Assembly (NCBI GenBank): GCA_049969475.1
Contig: JBMFOU010000003.1
Coordinates: forward strand, 84,256-148,255
DNA: 64,000 bases
Reading direction: 5' to 3'
Origin: Bacteroidales bacterium
Lineage (GTDB): Bacteria; Bacteroidota; Bacteroidia; Bacteroidales; TTA-H9
A program made the translations under genes and the position numbers. The notes beneath the pieces were generated by a model. It did no database searches. It saw nothing but the letters and a program-made list of their open reading frames with translations, and had not been told where the DNA came from. This document shows, piece after piece, positions 27,022 to 36,244 of this stretch (positions within the stretch are counted from its first letter, which is position 1; each line of letters opens with the position of its first letter).

Positions 27022-27816
27022 TCATTCACCTCTCGATTCATGCATGGCAATGAGGCGTGCAGATTCCTCTTTACCCAGCCACGCATCCACAAGATAATGA
27101 ATTACATACAAAAGCGGAGTTAATGCAATGGCTAATACAATTTTATAGAAATATTGCACAATCGCTACCCGTATTACCTGGTCGAGACTCCAATTGCCGA
27201 AGAGGTAAAAAGCAATGGTGAGAATGACGAAAGTATCGATAAGCTGCGAAATAACCGTGCTACCCGTAGCGCGAAGCCACAGCCAGCGATGACCGGTTAA
27301 TCTTCGGATATAGATAAAAGTACTTACATCGATGAGCTGACTGATGAGAAATGCCGTTAGCGAGCCTATGGTGATGCCCACACCCTGCAGAAAAATTGCG
27401 CGATATGCATAATTGATGTCGAAAGGATTGCCCGAAGGATCGGCACTATTGAGCTGAAGCCAAAAACCGGCAGGTGGCAGAAGGGTACCCAACCAGACCA
27501 CAAAAAAACCATAGGCCAGCAATCCTGCCGTAAGAAAACTGACAAAACGCACCCCTTTACGACCAAAATATTCGTTCAAAATGTCGGAGAAAACGAATAC
27601 AAAGGGCCAGATAAGCACCCCCACACTCATATTGAAATCCAGTCCCAGATGACTGACCAGCCAGGCCTGAGTTTCTTCAGAAAATAAAAGTTGGGCAACA
27701 GAGAAAATTTTTACGCCAATAAACTCCGCCACCATGGCGTGTGTCAGAAATATGGCAGAGAGGAACACAAAAAGAAGAGCGCTTTTCCTTTGGCTATCTG
27801 ATAAGTTTTCGAACAT
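27022..27816 (-). CDS. yhhQ: VUT-family queuosine-precursor transporter (YhhQ-like)
   Basis: Polytopic membrane protein, 264 aa, with LIWPFVFVFSDILNEYFG and ATGSTVISQLIDTFV motifs characteristic of YhhQ/DUF165. Confidence 0.8.
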   Translation of the reverse strand: MFENLSDSQRKSALLFVFLSAIFLTHAMVAEFIGVKIFSVAQLLFSEETQAWLVSHLGLDFNMSVGVLIWPFVFVFSDILNEYFGRKGVRFVSFLTAGLLAYGFFVVWLGTLLPPAGFWLQLNSADPSGNPFDINYAYRAIFLQGVGITIGSLTAFLISQLIDVSTFIYIRRLTGHRWLWLRATGSTVISQLIDTFVILTIAFYLFGNWSLDQVIRVAIVQYFYKIVLAIALTPLLYVIHYLVDAWLGKEESARLIAMHESRGE

Positions 27817-27876
27817 GGGGATGAGGTTAGGTTTTCCCCCAACAAACGGAAGGTAAAAAAGTTTGGTTTTAAAGAC

Positions 27877-28764
27877 TTACAAAAAGAAGAGAGAAGCCCC
27901 TGCCACACTAATAATAGCACCCAAAATCTCCCTCGTGGTAATTTTTTGTTTAAAAATTAATGCAGAAGGGATAAGAATAAGCACTGGTGTAAGACCCATG
28001 AGGGTAGAAGCTATTCCCGCCTGGGTTTTTTGTATGGCCATCAATGAAAAAGAAACGCCCAGAAACGGCCCCAGAATAGAGCCCAGCACCAATGCCCGCA
28101 TACCCTTTTTATCCTTAATACTCGCCTCGATTTGCCACCAGTGCGATCTAAAAAGCACAATGACAAGAAAACCCGCAATACCAGCAATAATCCGAATTTG
28201 GGTGGCAGCAAAAGGGTTGTAGCTTCCCATGCCATATTTACTCAGAATGAGCCCTGTGGCCTGACCCAATGCCCCTGCCATTGCATACAAGATCCCTCGT
28301 AGGGGAAAATTAAACCGAGGCCTTCCATTTCCATTACTTACGTCGAGAATCACTAACGCTATTCCACTCATGGTGAGTAGCATTCCCAGTACATTTTTCA
28401 GCGACATCACCTCGCCCAATACCAACCATCCGATAAAGGCCGTGATGGGGGGAACCAAGGTCTGAATTAACATGGTGGTTCGTGCCCCCATAACACGAAA
28501 AGCGCTAAAAAGAAAAAAATCACCAAAAACAAAACCAGCAAGGCCTGAAAGCAGAAGCCATATCCAGGCATGCCATCCTGCATCAGTTGGGAAAGGCAAA
28601 CCCCGGTAAAGCGCGTTAAATATCAATAGGTAAACAAAAGCCAACGATAAACGTAAAAAGTTGACAGTAAGCGAACCCAGGCGTTTGCTGGCAATTTCGA
28701 AAGCCAGGGCTGTACCAGTCCATAGAAAAGCGGTAAATAAAGCGGCTAGTTCCCCCCAGAGCAT
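27877..28764 (-). CDS. DMT-superfamily (EamA-like) transporter
   Basis: 295 aa with ~10 TM segments in two EamA-like halves. Confidence 0.85.
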   Translation of the reverse strand: MLWGELAALFTAFLWTGTALAFEIASKRLGSLTVNFLRLSLAFVYLLIFNALYRGLPFPTDAGWHAWIWLLLSGLAGFVFGDFFLFSAFRVMGARTTMLIQTLVPPITAFIGWLVLGEVMSLKNVLGMLLTMSGIALVILDVSNGNGRPRFNFPLRGILYAMAGALGQATGLILSKYGMGSYNPFAATQIRIIAGIAGFLVIVLFRSHWWQIEASIKDKKGMRALVLGSILGPFLGVSFSLMAIQKTQAGIASTLMGLTPVLILIPSALIFKQKITTREILGAIISVAGASLFFL

Positions 28765-29031
28765 GTAAATAAAAGGTTGGCAAAAAGAGCCGCAAAATTA
28801 CCGGAATTTTATCTTGTATCTCAAGGGAAGTAACCACCAGGAACATTTTGAGGCAGTATCCTTCTTTAAAAGTCAAAAAATCAATGGCATTTACCCTTAC
28901 TTATTCAGTGTCATGAAAAACAAATCATCGGGTGTAACCTTCAGGCTTTCCGCTCTGTTATATTTACAAAGAAAGCTTGAGATGGTTGTAAGGTATAGTC
29001 GGATATAATTTTTGATATCAGGAGCTATTTA

Positions 29032-29127
29032 AAGATACAAATAAATTCCTCTATTTTTGGCTGCAAAACCTATACACTGACCAGGTTCTGCATTTTAAGA
29101 TATAAATAAATTCCTCTATTTTTGGCT
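29032..29127 (+). repeat. Direct duplication of a 31-bp promoter-containing element (period 65 bp)
   Basis: AAGATA[C/T]AAATAAATTCCTCTATTTTTGGCT occurs at 29032-29062 and 29097-29127 with one mismatch. Each copy contains TATTTTTG (29052-29059 and 29117-29124), a TAnnTTTG -7 box. Confidence 0.8.
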
Positions 29128-29160
29128 AACCCTGCCGATAGACCCCTAAATCCGCCTTTC

Positions 29161-30609
29161 ATGGAAAACCGGACAGAAAAAAAAACCAATTCCAGGCTTC
29201 AGAAATTCATTAATGAAATTCTTATTTTTCTTGGATTCAAAAAGAAAAAGCGGCATCATAGAGAACATTACACCTTGTTCAAGAAGACAGAAGGCTCTCC
29301 ATCAAAAAGCTCTACGCAGCCCTCATCCAGGAGAAGCAGATCCGGTAAGAAAACATGGTGGAATAGGTTATTTAAACCCCACCACAGACCGGGTAACCAA
29401 CCCCCAAAAACTACGCATACCCATTCAGAGGCTTCTCACCCCCCCAGGCAAGTTCCACATAAAAAAAAGCATCAGAAATGGTGGGGCGATCTATCCCGAT
29501 TATTGCAACCAAAAAAAGAAAAACCACACAGAAGCCGGTTTGCCCCGGAGATGCCTGAAACGAAGGATAAGCCCCGACATCGCCGCGTAAAGCGAAAAAA
29601 CTCTTTTAAATCCTGGTTTAAAAAGTATTTTCGCACCATCCAGGAGCCGCTTTACAATTTCCTTTATTTCCTCAACTTGCGTCCCGTGCCTTACGATCCT
29701 TTCCTCGAACACGATCGTTTTACCCACGAGGACACACGCATCATGCGCATCCAGCGCTATATGGTGTATGCATTCAATTCCATCATCCTTTACCTTATTG
29801 CCTACATCACGGCCTACCTGATTTATCAGTTGGCAGTCATTATCACGGCAGCCTTTTTCGACATCGACAGCGTGCTCTATTACTACGAAGTGATGTTTCC
29901 TATTGGTAATGCCTCTCCCAAATGGACCCAGTGGAACATCATCACTATTACGTTGGCAGGACCGCTGGTATCGTTGTTTGGAGGGATCTTTTGGTACAGG
30001 GTTATGATGCGGCGAGCTGGCCATCCCATTATGCGACTCTTTTATCTATGGCTGGCCTTTCATTCCTTTAACATGTTTTTCGGTGCCTTTGTGGCCGGTG
30101 TGATTACCGACCAGGGCTTTGGTTATGTGGCCAACTGGCTCTACATGGGCATTCCCCTTAAAATGCTTTTTTCGCTGATTGCCCTGGGTATTCAGAGTTA
30201 CTTAGGATGGAGGGCTGCCCGCCATGTGCTGGCTACGAGCAATTCACCCCAGCGTATAAACCGCAGGAACCGACCCTATTTCATTCTCAACCAAACCATT
30301 TTGCCCTGGTTGATTGGCTCTCTGCTCATGCTGTGGATTAAAATTCCCAACCGCATGCCACAGCACGAAAATATCATTGTTTACGACTCCATCATACTGG
30401 GAGCCATGGCATTTCTGGCCATTACCCCTATGTTTAACTGGAGAGCCAAACCTTTCGAAAGCAAGTTTGCGGCGCAGCGCAAAAAAACCGGTTTCGTGTG
30501 GGCTTACCTCTTGGTGGCCATCTTGTTTATCCTGCTTTATCGCTTCGGACTCGATAAAGGTTTGCATTTCATCATTAAAATAAACATCTCGGTAAGTCTC
30601 TACCGTTAA
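29161..30609 (+). CDS. Polytopic membrane protein with a ~170-aa polybasic (K/R/H/P-rich) N-terminal tail; function unknown
   Basis: I chose the ATG at 29161, because the TTG at 29122 in the ORF track lies inside the second -7 box. The N-terminal tail is very rich in K, R, H and P and is followed by ~7 hydrophobic helices. Confidence 0.75.
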   Translation: MENRTEKKTNSRLQKFINEILIFLGFKKKKRHHREHYTLFKKTEGSPSKSSTQPSSRRSRSGKKTWWNRLFKPHHRPGNQPPKTTHTHSEASHPPRQVPHKKKHQKWWGDLSRLLQPKKEKPHRSRFAPEMPETKDKPRHRRVKRKNSFKSWFKKYFRTIQEPLYNFLYFLNLRPVPYDPFLEHDRFTHEDTRIMRIQRYMVYAFNSIILYLIAYITAYLIYQLAVIITAAFFDIDSVLYYYEVMFPIGNASPKWTQWNIITITLAGPLVSLFGGIFWYRVMMRRAGHPIMRLFYLWLAFHSFNMFFGAFVAGVITDQGFGYVANWLYMGIPLKMLFSLIALGIQSYLGWRAARHVLATSNSPQRINRRNRPYFILNQTILPWLIGSLLMLWIKIPNRMPQHENIIVYDSIILGAMAFLAITPMFNWRAKPFESKFAAQRKKTGFVWAYLLVAILFILLYRFGLDKGLHFIIKINISVSLYR

Positions 30610-30632
30610 TCGTTCTTTTCAAGGAAATAGGC

Positions 30633-30640
30633 TACCTTTG
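30633..30640 (+). promoter_or_regulatory. -7 box candidate for corA
   Basis: TACCTTTG (TAnnTTTG) lies 70 nt upstream of the corA ATG. Confidence 0.35.
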
Positions 30641-30710
30641 CAGCGGTTTTAAATCTTTTACCGGAATGTAAACCGTAAGAATTCATTGTCAAACGTCAAA
30701 ACAGGCTTTT

Positions 30711-31622
30711 ATGATTGAGACCATCAGGATCGGAACGCTGAGGTGGCATCATATCCTCAATCCCACAGAGCAGGATTTCAACTTCTTACTCGATCACTTT
30801 CACTTCCATCCCCTCGACATAGAAGACTGCCGAAGTTTGGTAAACCAGCGCCCCAAGATTGACGTTTACGACGATTATTATTTCATGATTCTGCATTTTC
30901 CTGGATTCGACAAGACCCGGCATTTTGTGAGGACCCGGGAAGAAAAAATTTTTTGGGGAAAAGATTTTGTGGTAACCATGGGCAAGGTGCACAGCGAGGT
31001 GAGCGAACTTTTCCGAAAAACCCGACAGCAGATTGAACACCACGAAGAAACCGGTTTTGCCACCTCAGATGCCCTGCTCTATCTCATCCTCGAGCATTTA
31101 ATGAAGGAGAGCTACCTTCTGGTGCGATACATCGGTGATCAGGTAGACCAGGCCGGGCGTATGCTTTTCGAACGCAAAACCCTGAGCATCATCGAAAAAA
31201 TCTCCATTACCCGCCGAAACATCATCATCCTCAACACGATTTTCAAACCCCAACTCCCTGTTTTCAATAAATTCGAAACGGGTGAAATTCAAAGTTTTGC
31301 CGAGAGCATGGAAGAATACTGGGGCAACATTCTCGACTATCATCAAAAAATTTGGGACCTCATCGAAGACTATTCAGAGCTTATTGAAGGCTATTCAAAA
31401 ACCTTTGATTCTCTTCAGACCAACCGCACCAATGAAATCATGAAAATGCTCACCATCGTGTCGGCTATTGTTCTGCCCCTGACTTTTGTGACGGGTATCT
31501 ACGGAATGAACATATTGCTTCCCATGCAAGAATACAAACATGCTTTTGAGGTGATCATGGGAATCATGGCCGTACTGGCTTTCTTAATGCTCTATTATTT
31601 CAGGAAGCGCAATTGGATGTGA
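30711..31622 (+). CDS. corA: CorA-family magnesium/cobalt transporter
   Basis: 303 aa with two C-terminal TM helices and the signature YGMN (GIYGMNILLP). Confidence 0.9.
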   Translation: MIETIRIGTLRWHHILNPTEQDFNFLLDHFHFHPLDIEDCRSLVNQRPKIDVYDDYYFMILHFPGFDKTRHFVRTREEKIFWGKDFVVTMGKVHSEVSELFRKTRQQIEHHEETGFATSDALLYLILEHLMKESYLLVRYIGDQVDQAGRMLFERKTLSIIEKISITRRNIIILNTIFKPQLPVFNKFETGEIQSFAESMEEYWGNILDYHQKIWDLIEDYSELIEGYSKTFDSLQTNRTNEIMKMLTIVSAIVLPLTFVTGIYGMNILLPMQEYKHAFEVIMGIMAVLAFLMLYYFRKRNWM

Positions 31623-31632
31623 AGGTCAGTGC

Positions 31633-32235
31633 TTAATAAAACGTAGCCTGGGTCAAGTCGATGGGGATTTCTTTAAGTTCGCATTTAAAAGCCAGGTAGT
31701 CCAGTATCTTGTCAGCCAGTTGATTACTCAGGTCATTCATGGGCAGATGGATAACCAAGTCGGTATGGTCGCGAGAGGGTTTTCCAGGGATGGGGGCTCG
31801 TCTCTCCTCCAACCTGAGACGCCTTTTTTCAAGCATGGCTTCTTTTATCTCAAGGTCTACCTGGTCGGGATGTTTCGACACGCTGAAAAAAACCACCCTT
31901 ATATGCTTGAAATGGGCCGGAAAAAACCACGACCAGAAGTCGTTTTCTTTGCGCTTTCGAATGCGTTGGCTGCTGGAGAAGATAAAGAGATGATTCTGCA
32001 GTCGAGTAGGTTTTGATTTGATATTGATTTTACCAAAAGGAACTCTAAATTCAGGCGGCAGATTATTAGCACGTAAAATCAAATTCTTCAGCCCTGAAAT
32101 AAACCGGTCGTACGTTTCTTTGTTGCGCTCGTAGTTCTCGCGTATGCGGTCAATACGAACCTGCAAACGTTCGGATTGTCCCTGCATCTGCCTCAGACTC
32201 GACCTTCTTTCTGCTTCTTCCAGCCAATTCGACAT
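31633..32235 (-). CDS. Hypothetical protein (coiled-coil-like N-terminus)
   Basis: The open frame has no motif I recognise. I preferred the ATG at 32235 (MSNWLEEAERR...) over the GTG at 32277. Confidence 0.55.
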   Translation of the reverse strand: MSNWLEEAERRSSLRQMQGQSERLQVRIDRIRENYERNKETYDRFISGLKNLILRANNLPPEFRVPFGKINIKSKPTRLQNHLFIFSSSQRIRKRKENDFWSWFFPAHFKHIRVVFFSVSKHPDQVDLEIKEAMLEKRRLRLEERRAPIPGKPSRDHTDLVIHLPMNDLSNQLADKILDYLAFKCELKEIPIDLTQATFY

Positions 32236-32373
32236 GGTTGTGTAATTAATAACAGGTTTGCAACGTTTCCCCAACACTAAGGTAATGCAAAAATATCGAA
32301 ATTACGCGAATAAAAATTAATCATGAAATGACAATCACCTTAAGAAACAATTGTAAACCCGGTTAAAGATGAT

Positions 32374-32381
32374 TATTTTTG
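32374..32381 (+). promoter_or_regulatory. -7 box candidate for the two-component operon
   Basis: TATTTTTG is preceded by TTG (32351-32353) at 20-nt spacing and lies 40 nt upstream of the ATG at 32422. Confidence 0.4.
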
Positions 32382-32421
32382 TGGCAAGATACAATAAGAT
32401 ACCTCAAGACTCATCTCAGCC

Positions 32422-33114
32422 ATGGAGAATCCCGGCACCAAAATACTGATTGTGGACGACGAGCCCGATGTACTTGAATTTCTTAGCTATAATTTGCGGA
32501 AAGAAGGATTTCAGCCCCTGGTGGCAAGTAGTGGCAAAGAGGCATTGGAAATATTGCGAAAAGATCCCATTGAACTAGTGATTCTCGATATAATGATGCC
32601 CGAAATGGATGGCATGGAGACCTGTGCGGAGATCAGGAAGCTTCCATTGGCTCGTGAAACTATGATATTATTTCTTACAGCACGCGGAGAAGATTTCACC
32701 CAGATAGCAGCCTTTGAATCAGGTGCCGACGATTTTGTGGCCAAACCCGTTAAACCCCGGGTACTCATTAGCCGCATCAGGGCTTTGCTCCGCAGAAAAC
32801 AAACTGGCTCGCAGGGAGATGTTATTGCAATCGAAAATTTAATCATCGACAAAGAAAGATATACGGTGACGCTGGATGGCCGTGAAATTACACTTCCGCG
32901 TAAAGAATTCGAATTGTTGAACCTGTTAGCTTCCAAACCCGATAGAGTTTTCACCCGCGAGGAGATTTTTGCCCAGGTGTGGGGAAATGACGTGATAGTA
33001 GGCGAACGAACCATCGACGTTCACATTCGTAAAATCAGGGAAAAACTCAATATTCCTAACATAAAAACCATAAAAGGCATCGGCTATAAATTCGAAACTG
33101 CCGGCAAATTCTGA
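32422..33114 (+). CDS. OmpR/PhoB-family response regulator
   Basis: Receiver domain (ILIVDDEPD...LDIMMPEMDG...KPV) plus a winged-helix domain (LPRKEFELLNLL...RTIDVHIRKIREKL...GIGYKF). Confidence 0.9.
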   Translation: MENPGTKILIVDDEPDVLEFLSYNLRKEGFQPLVASSGKEALEILRKDPIELVILDIMMPEMDGMETCAEIRKLPLARETMILFLTARGEDFTQIAAFESGADDFVAKPVKPRVLISRIRALLRRKQTGSQGDVIAIENLIIDKERYTVTLDGREITLPRKEFELLNLLASKPDRVFTREEIFAQVWGNDVIVGERTIDVHIRKIREKLNIPNIKTIKGIGYKFETAGKF

Positions 33115-33119
33115 ACCCG

Positions 33120-34175
33120 ATGACCTGGGGTAAATCATTGTTTCGCTTTTCCGACTCGCGTAAAGTAGCCTCTCTGGCTTCAACAGGAATTACTTTGGCC
33201 TGGCTGGCTATAGAATTCTCGTTGCGATATCCTGAAAATGCTCTTACCATCTTTATAAAAGCCCTGGCATTGTGGATATTGGCATTTCTTATCATTCTAT
33301 GGCTTGCCAATCGATTCATTTATGAGAAAATACGGGTGATTTATAAAATTATTCACGACCAAAAAGTACCCAAAGATATCGACCCCCGTGAAACTCTTAA
33401 AGCCACATCACTCCAGGAGATTGATGCAGAGGTAGAAGCATGGGGGGAAGAACGCCGACGAGAGATGGCCCGACTCCGCGAAATGGAGCGCTACCGCAGG
33501 GAATACATTGGTAATATTTCGCATGAACTCAAAACTCCCGTATTCAATATTCAAGGTTACATACTCACATTGCTCGACGGAGGCCTGGAAGATCCGGAAA
33601 TAAACCGCACGTATCTGCTAAAAGCCGAAAAAAGCATCAACCGGCTGATTGCCATGATAGAGGACCTCGAAACTATTAACCTGCTAGAGTCGAATGAGTT
33701 GAAACTGCATTTTACACGCTTTAACCTGGTTGATCTGGTACGTGAGGCCATAGAATCGCTTGAAATAAAAGCGCTTAAGCGCGAATGTGTCATAGTGCTC
33801 AATCACGAGCCGGAGCGCCCCCTCTTTGTCACGGCCGACCGTTATCGCATTATGCAGGTGGTAGTCAACTTATTGGATAATGCCATTAAATATGGCAAAA
33901 AACAAGGTGGGCGCATTAAAATCAGCTTTTTCGACATGGACGAGCACATACTGGCCGAAATAACCGACGATGGACCCGGAATACCGCAAGAATACCTTCC
34001 CCGGATTTTTGAACGCTTTTTCAGAATTGATAAAGGGCGTTCGCGCAGTCAGGGCGGAACCGGGCTGGGGTTGGCCATCGTAAAACACATCATGGAAGCG
34101 CATGGGCAAACAGTAAACGTCAGAAGCACCCCTGGGGTGGGAACCACCTTCGGTATTACCCTCAGAAAGGCCTGA
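33120..34175 (+). CDS. Sensor histidine kinase (PhoR-like architecture)
   Basis: N-terminal TM helices, H-box SHELKTPVFNI, N-box NLLDNAIKYG, and G-boxes DDGPGI and GTGLGLAIV. Confidence 0.9.
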   Translation: MTWGKSLFRFSDSRKVASLASTGITLAWLAIEFSLRYPENALTIFIKALALWILAFLIILWLANRFIYEKIRVIYKIIHDQKVPKDIDPRETLKATSLQEIDAEVEAWGEERRREMARLREMERYRREYIGNISHELKTPVFNIQGYILTLLDGGLEDPEINRTYLLKAEKSINRLIAMIEDLETINLLESNELKLHFTRFNLVDLVREAIESLEIKALKRECVIVLNHEPERPLFVTADRYRIMQVVVNLLDNAIKYGKKQGGRIKISFFDMDEHILAEITDDGPGIPQEYLPRIFERFFRIDKGRSRSQGGTGLGLAIVKHIMEAHGQTVNVRSTPGVGTTFGITLRKA

Positions 34176-34177
34176 GT

Positions 34178-35491
34178 CTATTTTTTTCGTTCGTCCACCA
34201 GCACACGCACTTTTTTCCCTTTATCGTATTCCACAGCATATTTCACCTTTCCCTGGTTTGTAAAGTATTTCCAAACCCCCTGCATGAGCCCATTCAGGTA
34301 AGCACCCTCACTCTCTTTCATCCCTTGTAGATTGTATGATACAAACCGACCCTCTGGAACATCATTTTTAAAATTCTGCTCCCTGACCAAAACCCCGGCC
34401 GGATCGTAAAACCAGGCAGGGCCGTTTTTCTTTCCGTCGGCGTAAGAAACCTTGCTTTCGAGATTTCCTGTTGGATAATATTCGGTCCACAGTCCCTGAC
34501 GCTGGCCGGCTTTATAGTATCCATCGTATTGGGTCCGGCCATTGGGATAAAAATAAATCCATCTTCCATCAGGCTGACCTTGTGCGTAATGGTGCTCATA
34601 ACGCTTACGCCCGTTCTCGTACCATCCTTCCCACAAACCATCCATCAAGCCTAAAACAAAATGGCCCTGATAGTCGACTTGTCCGTTCTCATAATAATTA
34701 ATCCATAGACCATCCTCCTTGTCGTCTTTAAAATCACCTTCCTGGAGAACGGCCCCTGATTCATAATAAACCTTCCAGGGCCCCTGACGTTTGTCGTTTT
34801 CATAACTCCCTTCCTTCCATTTTTCGCCTGTCTCGTAATAAAATACCCAGGGACCGGTTCGTTTGCCTTTTTCAAATCTTCCCTCGCTTCCCTTTTGTCC
34901 CCCGGGATGATAAAAAATCCAGAATCCGTGCTGAAGGTCATTAAGGAGTTCGCCCTCCATTTCGCGGGTGCCATCGGGCCTGAACCAAACGGCCTTTCCA
35001 TTAAGGCTGTCGTTGAAATAAATGCCCTCAAAGGCGGGTTTACCGTTGCTGTGCCAGGTTAGTCCAGGGCCGTTGCGCAATCCTTTTTTGTAAACAAATT
35101 CCTGCAGAAGTCGCCCACTGCTGTCGTATTCACGGAACAATCCTTCACGAAGACCGTTTTTAACTGTCCACTCAGCCTTTAGTTTTCCGTTTTCATGGTA
35201 CAACCGGCAAGGGCCGTTTTCCAGGTTTTTTTCAAGCATGAGGGTGCCGTCGGAATACCAGTATCTCCACAAACCCGTGGCTTGCCCCTGATGATAATTG
35301 CCTTCTGACTCGCGCTGGCCATTGGCAAAAAAATAAACCCACAAACCTTCCGGTAAACTATTATGGGAATTTCCAATGCCTCGTATAGGCCGGCCAGGGA
35401 GATCGTAGAAAAGGGTATCGGGCCGAAAATCGGCAGCCCAGGCATTAAAAAGGTGAAAAAACATAAGAACCCAAATAAATTTCTTTATCAT
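34178..35491 (-). CDS. Secreted MORN-variant (YwqK-like) repeat protein
   Basis: Signal peptide, then ~15 tandem ~23-aa units of the form G.W..YY.NG....EG.Y..G...G.W. Confidence 0.8.
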   Translation of the reverse strand: MIKKFIWVLMFFHLFNAWAADFRPDTLFYDLPGRPIRGIGNSHNSLPEGLWVYFFANGQRESEGNYHQGQATGLWRYWYSDGTLMLEKNLENGPCRLYHENGKLKAEWTVKNGLREGLFREYDSSGRLLQEFVYKKGLRNGPGLTWHSNGKPAFEGIYFNDSLNGKAVWFRPDGTREMEGELLNDLQHGFWIFYHPGGQKGSEGRFEKGKRTGPWVFYYETGEKWKEGSYENDKRQGPWKVYYESGAVLQEGDFKDDKEDGLWINYYENGQVDYQGHFVLGLMDGLWEGWYENGRKRYEHHYAQGQPDGRWIYFYPNGRTQYDGYYKAGQRQGLWTEYYPTGNLESKVSYADGKKNGPAWFYDPAGVLVREQNFKNDVPEGRFVSYNLQGMKESEGAYLNGLMQGVWKYFTNQGKVKYAVEYDKGKKVRVLVDERKK

Positions 35492-35578
35492 GTAAGTCCA
35501 AAATTAGCGGGGACAAAATTAGGAGTTAAAGGACGGGGAAAGTGCAGGATGATAAACGGCAGCATCGGGCAAATGTTG

Positions 35579-35586
35579 TAAATTTG
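35579..35586 (+). promoter_or_regulatory. -7 box candidate for ruvA-sprA
   Basis: TAAATTTG (TAnnTTTG) lies 65 nt upstream of the ruvA ATG. Confidence 0.35.
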
Positions 35587-35651
35587 CCCGGTGGGGTTTA
35601 TGTAAAAACCCGTTTTTTATTCTTAAATCCAAAGAATCCGTAGAAAGTATC

Positions 35652-36236
35652 ATGTTTGCATACCTCGAGGGGCGAATCGCTGGAATCAACCCTGCTTTTG
35701 TGATAATTGATTGCAACGGTGTGGGATATGAAGTAAATATTTCTCTCAACACATTTGCTGCAATCAAAGATTTGGAGCGGGTAAAACTGCACACCCACCT
35801 TGAGGTGAGAGAAGATGCCCAGGTTTTATATGGATTCTGGGAGGAAGAAGAGCGAACCCTGTTCAGGCAACTGATTTCGGTAGCAGGCGTTGGTCCCAAC
35901 ACAGCCCGCATGATTCTCTCAGCCATGACCCCGGCCGAGCTAATAACAGCCATTGCCACGGGTAATGAAAGCCGACTGAAACAGATAAAGGGCATAGGTG
36001 CCAAGTCGGCCCAGCGTATTATTGTGGAGTTGAAAGACAAGGTTGGGAAAATTCCTGTTCAGGGTAGCCTGCTTTCGCCCTCAAACAATAGAAACTACGA
36101 AGAAGCGTTATCAGGATTAATAATATTGGGTTTCAGCAAGCCCCTGGCTTCAAAGGCCCTCGATCGTATTGTAGCCTCGGGCGGGCAAAACCTCTCAGTG
36201 GAAGCATTGATAAAAGAAGCACTCAAAGTGTTGTAA
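35652..36236 (+). CDS. ruvA: Holliday junction branch migration complex subunit RuvA
   Basis: MFAYLEGRI... N-terminus and HhH motifs (LISVAGVGPNTARMIL, LKQIKGIGAKSAQRIIVELK). Confidence 0.93.
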   Translation: MFAYLEGRIAGINPAFVIIDCNGVGYEVNISLNTFAAIKDLERVKLHTHLEVREDAQVLYGFWEEEERTLFRQLISVAGVGPNTARMILSAMTPAELITAIATGNESRLKQIKGIGAKSAQRIIVELKDKVGKIPVQGSLLSPSNNRNYEEALSGLIILGFSKPLASKALDRIVASGGQNLSVEALIKEALKVL

Positions 36237-36244
36237 CCAAAATC

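Noticed and set aside
27817-27876. A possible preQ1 riboswitch upstream of the YhhQ-like queuosine-precursor transporter.
   Set aside because: The 60-nt gap lacks the conserved preQ1-I/II elements (no AAAAAACUA-type tail or matching pseudoknot stem). The gene is more likely co-transcribed with the upstream EamA gene.
29213-29590. 125-aa alternative-frame ORF inside the polybasic tail region.
   Set aside because: It is most simply explained by the biased A/C-rich, homopolymer-laden composition that keeps a second frame open. There is no independent start context. It is mentioned only in connection with possible frameshifting.
35590-35625. A weak terminator-like hairpin (GGGTTT/AAACCC followed by GTTTTTTATT) between the ruvA promoter candidate and the ruvA start.
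   Set aside because: The stem is only 6 bp and A/T-rich, too weak to call an attenuator without conservation or experimental data.
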